64,000 nt of DNA from Basidiobolus meristosporus CBS 931.73 (Eukaryota > Fungi > Basidiobolomycota). Positions 56,301-64,000 of the stretch are shown piece by piece (position 1 is the stretch's first letter; each line of letters opens with the position of its first letter). The stretch covers positions 1 to 64,000 of the forward strand of contig MCFE01000443.1 of assembly GCA_002104905.1 (NCBI GenBank), given 5' to 3'. The notes under the pieces are model-generated. The model made no database searches. It had not been told where the DNA came from and saw only the letters and a program-made list of their open reading frames with translations. A program made the position numbers and the translations under genes.

Positions 56301-58034
56301 GCAGGCTTCACAGTGCTCCAAATTAGCTGGGGGATCAATTTTCACTCCAGAAATTAGCTGATCTTTGATCATTTTACGCAAATAATCAAAATTGATGTGT
56401 CCAAATCTCCTGTGCCAAAACATTGGTGTTTCTTCATTTAAGTTACTTATATTGGCTTCCAAGTATGATGGAGTATAAGTCAACTTGTATAGATTCTGAT
56501 CTCTGATGCCCAAAGCAATATGGGCACCACTTTGATCAGTGATCCTGCATCCAGAATTGTCAAAACTGAAACTGAGTCCTTCTGCTGTGGCCTTGCTTAC
56601 AGAGAGTAGGTTCTTGGCTATTTCTGGTACATAGAGTACTTCTTTAAAGGTCAGTGCATGGCTTCCTTCACTGCTTCTAAGGTTTACTTGGATAGTTCCT
56701 TCTCCCACTGCATCAAGTGTTCTATTGTCACCCATAATAACCTTCTTAATTGGAATTTCTTGATATTGGGTAAAAGGTTCTTTTTGGTATGTAAAGTGGT
56801 GAGAAGCTCCAGAGTCAATATACCACGTCTGAGAATCCTTATTTGTGGTCATATTTAGTGCAGATATGAATAGTCTATCTTCAGTTGTTGCAGCATTTCC
56901 ATATTCAGGCTTCTTTTGCTGATAATCTCTCTTTTTGAGACACCAGTCTGATGTGTGTCCTTTTCTTTTGCAGTAGTTGCAAAACAGGTTGCTGTTGCCT
57001 TTGTAGTATCTTGGGTACCTCCTTTGTTGGTTATCATTGCTTATTAAAGCATTTTCTTCTTCCTTCTTATTGGCACTTGATTTTTTAATTTTTCATCCAG
57101 GAGCCTTCCATATATGTATTTTAAGGTCAAATCTTCAGTTCTGGACTCTAGGGCAGATACAAGGCCCTGAAACTTGTCTGTCAGGCTATTCAGGATGGTA
57201 ACTATCATATCCTCATCAGTAGTTGGTACACCCACAGATTCCATCTCATCTACCAGCAGGGTAATTCTGTTAATTAGATTTTTCATTTCTTCTCCTGGCA
57301 GCATCTTTGTAGTAAAGATTTTTGTCTCAGATACATCTTCTTGGCAGCTGAACATGACTGGTAGGTGTCTTCTAATGCTTTCCAGGCATTCTTTGCTGTT
57401 TTTGCTCTTGAGCATTGAATTAGCAATTTGTCCTTAACATTAAGGCAAATGCAGTTAAAGGCACTTTGTTCTTTATTCTGGTACTTTAAGGCTTCCTCTC
57501 CCATGTTTTTAGGAGGGCATTCTTCTCCCATGACAATATCCCAAAGGCCTCTTTCTTGTAGCAGCATCTTCATCTTCACCTTCCACACTTGGTGGCTAGA
57601 TCCATCCAACTTTTCAGCTGAGGGAAAAATTCTAGTAATAGCAGTAGTAAACATTGCAGAGAGTGACAGCTTGGGGCTCATAACCTGTTGTAAGAGTCTT
57701 GGAGATATTGGAAGTAATTGGGAGAACAGGTAGATTATGTGGTTTTCACTTAATGATTTATTGAATGTAAAAGTGGTATTTATACTTTTACCTGGTCTTG
57801 GCATTACAAACACGTAAAATAGGTTAAGGAAGGTTCCAAGAACATGTGTGCAAAGTTTGGGGCTGTTTGAACAACTTTGAGAATTTTCATGTTCTGGGTA
57901 TCTGGCATTTTGGTGAAAATATTCTAAGTAAATCCCAACAAGGAATTTGGTCAGTATTCTCTAGGATTTGAAGGTGATGATCTAAGTGACTAAGTCAGGT
58001 GAATATTTAGGTGGAAATACAAATTTTTACAACA
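53354..58034 (-). mobile_element. Full-length but degenerate Ty1/copia element B (4681 bp)
   Basis: 349-bp LTRs at 57686-58034 and 53354-53702; TSD TTTAC (53349-53353, 58035-58039); PBS 57674-57685; PPT GAGTGGGAG 53703-53711; gag-PR-INT-RT-RH order. Confidence 0.96.
53714..57681 (-). pseudogene. Copia gag-pol, broken by frameshifts and stops
   Basis: Fragments encode gag, PR (WYIDSGASHH), GAG-pre-INT (WHRRFGH), INT (IHSDLCGP, IRSDNGGEY, PQQNGVAE), RT (QMDVKAAFLNG, LYVDDL) and RNase H (YSDADW, KHIDIRHHFIRE). Confidence 0.93.
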
Positions 58035-58039
58035 TTTAC

Positions 58040-59143
58040 CAAATGGTGTTGCCTTTTTCTACCTCCCCTTGTGCAATTCATATATTGCACTGTAGATTCA
58101 CCTTTCTTTATTTGCTTACCCCCTACTACCTTGGGTATTCCACATATAGTTTGAATCAAAAAAAACTATGGCTTCCTGCTTACTAACCTCTACAAACATG
58201 CACACCTGCCACAATTGACACACTTCTATCACCTCAACTTTATGGCTTTTTAGTGGGGAACTTGCAAAGTTGCCATATACCTTGTACTGCTGCTAACATA
58301 TACATCTTGCAAACATATGCTTGGTTGTTGCCACTTCTGCTATGAATACCTCCCAAATATTTACAAAGAACTTCTTGGTATTTAGCCAATATATTCCTTC
58401 TCCCTGCTGGATTCTAGTCCCCCTTATAGGTGCACTATGGCTTTTGTTTGTGTGAATTCCATATTGAATGGTGTAGAAGTAAGCTTGTGACCAAGAGAAA
58501 TCTGGCATACCTGGGTAGAATTTTTGTGATAAAAATTAGTTGCTTGTTGCACCCAACCCAACTTTGCATTACTTAACTGATTGCCCATGCATTGGGGCTG
58601 CTTAGCTTCTTAATGCCATAGGCATAGGTATCTCCATGTGCACATTTGTCCTCAGTATTTTCCAACTCTTTCTGGCTGTCCTCCATGTGCCAACTCATCA
58701 CATCCATGACAGACTTGAAGGTAATATTCTTGATGAGATTGAGATATAGTAGTACCTGCAACTTGACTTGTCTTCCTATCTCCCCACACATCCACTCCAT
58801 AGTAAACTCCCAAAAGGTGAAGCAAGACCCAATATTCTCCACACATTGTGCAAGATGGAGTAAAGAATGGATACAGTAGCGGCAGAGATCTACGCGTTCA
58901 GCTTTATGTATGTAGTATAGCCGCTCAAATCCTGTTATAAACTCCTCACACAACAGCTGTAAATGCGTCAAGTTGGCATTGGTGATTGGCTTCTGGATAA
59001 ATATTCCTACAATGTCTACATATGACTCCCAATGCTTCCAATGTACTCTTGGTAGGAATGGCTTCAGAATACCACTTGAATAAATACATATCCAGTTCAT
59101 CCAGGATTTGCATTTGTATTGTTGCATATGTGTATGAATATTA
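58040..59143 (-). mobile_element. CACTA/EnSpm transposase C-terminal fragment (pseudogene)
   Basis: ORF 58573-59127: KSWMNW, GFERLYY, IHSLLHLAQCVENIGSCFTFWEFTMEWMCGEI resembles the HxxxH..GP..W.F.MER motif. Confidence 0.8.
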
Positions 59144-59906
59144 GACTTATTCTATCATACTGTACCAGGGTGCGCGGCGCAATCCGCGGTTGTAAAAAAC
59201 AATTGGGCGCAATATTATAGCTACCAGAAGGCAGGATTGTTCTTGGATGATTTTGCACTATGCGGGACAATCTTGCACACTATGGCACAATCTGACACAA
59301 TGAGGTTGGCACGGATGATTGCGCCAACTTGTAATGTCTGCATCATGTGCGCAATTGGATACCTCTATTATGGCAGGTAAAATCCGGTATTTGGATATGT
59401 TTCTTCAATGTGAATGGAAATAAATGTGTATCACACTATAAACTACACTGATACTTACCATTTTGGTTACCCTCACTCCAATTGGACGGTATCTCAGTGG
59501 TTAATTGGTCCAAAAGTATCCAGAAGCTGGCAGCCCCTAATTGGCTGATTGACTACTGAAAAAGCTACCTGATTTGCCATCAAATATCCCATTTTGCCCA
59601 TTGAGCAAGTAAATCCCTGATCCTAGTGATTGGACAAGGTGTCATAGCTAGCATGCAAGCAATTGTGTAGGTGCAAAACAGATCCAATAGCTGCACTGGT
59701 ATTACGGATGATGTATATATATGCAGGGTGTTTATCTATAGGGGTTCTGTCTCAAATGTGAGACAACCTTGATATTACTTATATCAAAAATTTGATGATC
59801 ACTGATTTGCAATGGCTTGATTTGGATCGCAAAAAAAAAGGGTTGTTGGGATCATTACAAATGTGAGCGATTCAAAGCAATTGCATCATCTTCTCCTGGG
59901 TTTTTT

Positions 59907-61832
59907 TCACACAGGGATTACTACTGAAGCATTTGGTAGTGACTCACTTTGCACACCTATACTACTTCCTGGCTGACTATCATCTTGGCTACTTGTGTAT
60001 TCATAGTCAGTATTTTGCCTCCTAGTTGATGAGTGCAATGCTGCAGCTTGGCCGTGCTGAATTGCTCCAACTGAACCAACTGAACCAGCCTGTAGTGCCA
60101 TGCACTGACGTGTTCTTTTACTTGCTAAGGGCTCTGGTGGTTGAGGCACTTCATGTTGTTCATCATCAGTTAGTTCACCAGAAGTAAGTTGCTGATAGTC
60201 AGGCAAAATGGCATGCACAGGCATGCCTTGACGCATTGAGATGGCCCTTGGCTGAGATTGATGTGATGCTGTATGTTGACGCAACTTGGTCCGCTCCAAT
60301 GGACTTGTGTCTAAATGAGCAGTTTGGCAAGTTCTTGTAGTTTTGCTCTGAAGCGCGCACATTGACTCAATGTGGGGCATTCTGGTAAAGGGTGTTGGCA
60401 TAGTCTGGACTGATGTGTGCTGGCGCACTGTGGTTGCAAGAGATGGTAGGGAATCCAGCAAGGCGTGCTGGTGCAATCTGGACAATGTTGCTTGCAATCT
60501 GTATTCTTCCTCCTGAAGCTCACCATCTGATTCCTCAAGGTATTCACTTACCCTCTGTCTGATACTTTGGAGCTGTTGCCTGGATGAGTCCTGTGTATAT
60601 TGCTCTTGGAAGCCACTTAGCTCTACTAATATATCACATAGTACATTAGTCATTTGAGGCAAAAACTCATTCAAAATCTCTTTGGTTCCCAAAGTTGAGG
60701 CACAAACAGACGCGTCCGGTGTGGTGGTGTAGAGGTACTCCTGGGAGAAGCTACACAACTCAAGGTGTGTGAGGTGTCTGATGGGTGCAATAACCTCTGT
60801 GTCTAAACTGCTGGTGTCTTTGTCAATATGTCACTATGGTAAATGCTCCTGCTTCTTTAGCTTCCTAGGTGCCCCAAGTGTCTCCAAAGGCCTCTGTGTG
60901 TCTTGTGCACTACCTTGAGAAGCTCCTTGATTGCAGGTCTGAGATGTACTGTTGAAGGCAGGTGCAGTGAACAACTGCTAATCAATAAGGTAGAAGTGTT
61001 ACTGATAGAAGGGATGATTTATTGATCAGGGATTGCTTTCCCTTGAATACTTTTCCTGATTGCCAAGTGATTACTAATGACAAGGTTCTAGAAGATTCTA
61101 GGTATCAGTGGAATTCTTGATGACATCACTATGAGCTAAAAATATGCCAAGAATGTCCTGGAAGGTTCTAAAAGGCACAGCACTCTCAACCAATCAGGAA
61201 TCAGTAGTCTGAAACCTGTGCAACATAGAAATACCATATATGGTATTGAAATGGTAGAGATGGTAACACAGACCTAGGTCATGTGTCACGGGTACTGACG
61301 CGGGTACTTGTCTTATATAGATACATCTACTGATCACAAAGCTGAATAACATCTGGGATAACTAATGCTAATAACTAATCAGGGTAAACATCATATGGGA
61401 TAATACTGATAATATGGGCAAACAAAGAATGGGATAATACTGATAAGATAAAATATGGATAAGTATATCATAATGACTATATGAATAAACTTGTCTGTGG
61501 GAGGTATGTTGACCCTACCACACCGGCCCGTACTGTGAAAATTGCGCACAAAATTGTTCCTGCGCAGCTTCTTTGTCAAATCCCCTCACTCTCAGCTCAT
61601 TCTTGATTTCAATACTTGTCTTGTTATATATCTTTTTACATACATTGGCTGGCATCTTGATGTAGAACTCATGCCACAGCTTTCTACTCAAATTCTTCCA
61701 TCTTTGTCAACTCTCTGAGGTATCTAGTTCTGCTAGATTAATCAGTAGTGCCCAAATATTTGTATGAAGGCTCATCATAGACACTTGAGCCATACTAAAA
61801 TCATTTGGCAAGAACTCAAACGGATCCGACAT
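59907..61832 (-). pseudogene. Second (accessory) gene of the Harbinger-like element, degenerate
   Basis: ATG at 61832 (MSDPFEFLPNDF..) with a TGA before QRWKNLSRKLW; further S/Q/T-rich ORF 59907-60758; stops between them. Confidence 0.45.
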
Positions 61833-62242
61833 CAACTTTTCCAGTCAGGACCGCGCTTGTGAGCTGGGGGATGGGTTTTGTCTGGGTTGTACTAAAGATG
61901 AGTTGAGGCTTGGTATGGGGACCATAGCAACAGATTTGGATACTTATACAGCAATATATTGGCATCAACCTGGTCTTATATGAAATATATGTGAAAACTT
62001 ATGTGATTGTTGAATTTTCCATATATTATGCATGATGCATCTTGGATTGCATTGACATGGATCAGATCACATCATTTGCAGATTTCCTATTTGATTATAG
62101 ACCTATGATTAAAGCATCAATAAAAGTACCAAGGCATTGTTTGCGGATGATTTTTGCGACATAATGATGGGATACATGGCAATTGATGGAGATTTAACCA
62201 TAATGTATTAAAAATCAGATAAATAACGCAGATTGTGCCAAA

Positions 62243-63169
62243 TTGATTCAAACCGCCTCCATACAATCATCCACCAATTTTAATATGACTTACTCATCTG
62301 AATGGTCTTTTCTCATCAATCCCATCACTACCACTGGATTTCCTTTTGACACACTAGAGGAGATCTATTCCAAGTACTGTGGACCATCAACCCCAATCTA
62401 CTCAAGGAGATCCCTTGTTAAGCTTCTCTGCTATTACAAGAACTATTGCCCTACAAGGTTTCATCCCACCATCCATGGCAACAAAAGTCCTAGAAGCTTT
62501 CATTCCCAGCTGATAGCAATGGAGAACCACCTTGCAGAGGGTATGAATGACTTAGAGCAAGCTTGGAATACTAGGTTCAGAAGCTCCAATATACTTCCAT
62601 ATCCCAGAGTGTTCAGCAACAGGTTCCATATCAGGAGTATTTTGGATACCTTCTCAGTGAGGATTAACAGACCTTCTAGAGGGCAGAGGCACTTTTATTC
62701 TGGCAAGTACAAGGCACACTGTGTGAAGTTTCAAGCACTGTCGGACATTGAGGGTAACATCATCTGGTTTAGTGGGCCATTTGCTGGAAGTAGGCATGAC
62801 AAAGCACTCAGGGTAGAGAATCATCCTGAATTAAGTAGAGGGGAGAAATGTATGACAGACTTGGCCTGTATAGGAGAGGATTGTCAGAGATTAGGATGTA
62901 TTACAGCTTATAGGAAGCCAAGGAATGGTGTGCTTGGCAGGAAGAAGAAGCTCTACAATGAGATATTTAATCATTTCAGAGTGAGGGTAGAGCACACATT
63001 TGGATATCTGAAGAGATTCAGCATATTGGCAGGTAAATACAGAGGAAAGTCATATATAGGAGAAAACAGCAGAATAGGTAAAATAGTTAAGATACTTATT
63101 AATGCACAGTATGTTTATACAAGAAGACATCCATTGAGAGAAGTGTGTCTGGAGCATTATGAAGAGTAA
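62243..63169 (+). CDS. DDE_Tnp_4 (IS5/ISL2/Harbinger-type) transposase
   Basis: ILDTFSVRINRP, QRHFYSGKYKAHCVKFQ, GSRHD, MTDLAC, RKPRNG, YNE..RVRVEHTFGYLKRFSIL. First ATG at 62285. Confidence 0.88.
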   Translation: MIQTASIQSSTNFNMTYSSEWSFLINPITTTGFPFDTLEEIYSKYCGPSTPIYSRRSLVKLLCYYKNYCPTRFHPTIHGNKSPRSFHSQLIAMENHLAEGMNDLEQAWNTRFRSSNILPYPRVFSNRFHIRSILDTFSVRINRPSRGQRHFYSGKYKAHCVKFQALSDIEGNIIWFSGPFAGSRHDKALRVENHPELSRGEKCMTDLACIGEDCQRLGCITAYRKPRNGVLGRKKKLYNEIFNHFRVRVEHTFGYLKRFSILAGKYRGKSYIGENSRIGKIVKILINAQYVYTRRHPLREVCLEHYEE

Positions 63170-63351
63170 ATAAAGCAAGGAAAGCACTATTCTGAGCAAC
63201 ATAAGTAAGATTGAGTAAAATTACCAGTAACTGTATCATACCACTGGCATCATGGTAGAAATTATAGTGCCAGATAGTGCTGTAGAGTGCCAGATTGATC
63301 CGGCACCATAAACAGGCTGGCACTATGTGGCACTACCCAATGGAACAAGTC

Positions 63352-64000
63352 TACTAATTGGAGCCCATGAGAAGTACTTAGGTTAGTGGATAATCTATAA
63401 TATCTTACCAGTTCTTTCAATTTCTCCAGTATTTCAAAGGGATCATTTAGCTTGAAATGCCCCATGTACAACTTGATCATCAGTATAGGGATATTTTTGA
63501 AAAGCAAATGCATTGCTCCCAGTGGAAAGTTTTTGCTCCAACAGATACCCTCTATCTTAAGTATCTCTGGTTTCCAGTTGATTCCATATTCCGGCCAATG
63601 GCTTAAAGCTTGCCAACTTTGCTGCAATTGCATGCTTACTTCTGTACATTCTCTCTGTGGAAAGATGATGTTCTTAGTGCTGATGTTTGGGTGATAATAA
63701 TGTGTGTGAGTTATAGAGTAAATCCCCTGAATCCCACACATTTGACAGCAATACTGTCCATTGTGCTGGGAAAAACCTGCTATCTTGCTGATGGCTGGGG
63801 TATCTCCAATGCAGATAATAATATGCACTTTTACAGGATGGCCATTTACTGTTATCCCGCTAGAAAGCATACAAAGTCCATCCAGCAATGGATACCAGTT
63901 GATATCCAGGCTGGATGGTGATTTAGCCCCAAATACCAGTGAGACTGCCATCAGATTATTGCTCTGATACTGTAAGATGGGCAGCAGATTTGGATTGATG
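63352..64000 (-). mobile_element. CACTA/EnSpm transposase (Tnp2/Transposase_21) middle fragment, runs off the window
   Basis: GAKSP..WYPLLDGL..VHIIICIGDTPAISKIAGFSQHNGQYCCQMC and GAMHLLFKNI. Confidence 0.85.

Larger units (their letters stand above)
59144..63351. mobile_element. PIF/Harbinger/ISL2EU-like DNA transposon (~4.2 kb, two divergent genes) inserted in the CACTA transposase
   Basis: TIRs GACTTATTCTAT / GACTTGTTCCAT (10/12) flanked by TA on both sides; subterminal GGCAC/GCGCAAT-type repeats. Removing it restores CACTA frame ..APISNIHTHMQQYK.. Confidence 0.75.

Overview
Eukaryotic, intron-rich fungal DNA: introns are mostly about 50-65 nt with CTRAY branch points. Gene content and style suggest an early-diverging fungus, possibly Zoopagomycota such as Basidiobolus; this is inference, not proof. 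Bases ~1.5-50.5 kb are a compact, CpG-containing gene array. It carries a secreted AA11-type LPMO, MUB1/samB, DUF167, a syntaxin, RPS17, SEH1, VPS33, an acyl-CoA ligase, PEX14, U2AF1, SSN6, YRA1, SelO (Cys form), NOP2, NOC2, ERCC8, pantothenate kinase, PAB1 and a PGAP4-like glycosyltransferase. Odder genes include a YaeR-like VOC gene and a small bacterial-looking gene (both intron-containing HGT candidates about 2 kb apart), a tandem histone-fold protein and a basic-less HLH protein. From 51.3 kb to the end is a CpG-depleted nest of transposons whose insertion order can be read from target-site duplications. An old copia element was hit by a solo LTR (TSD CCTTT) and cut by a CMC/CACTA element (CCCTA terminus). 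That element was in turn hit by a full-length copia (TSD TTTAC, PBS matching the tRNA-iMet anticodon arm, 56-bp inversion in one LTR) and by a 4.2-kb two-gene PIF/Harbinger/ISL2EU-like element. No CRISPR arrays, rRNA or tRNA genes were recognised. All homology calls are by eye, without database searches.
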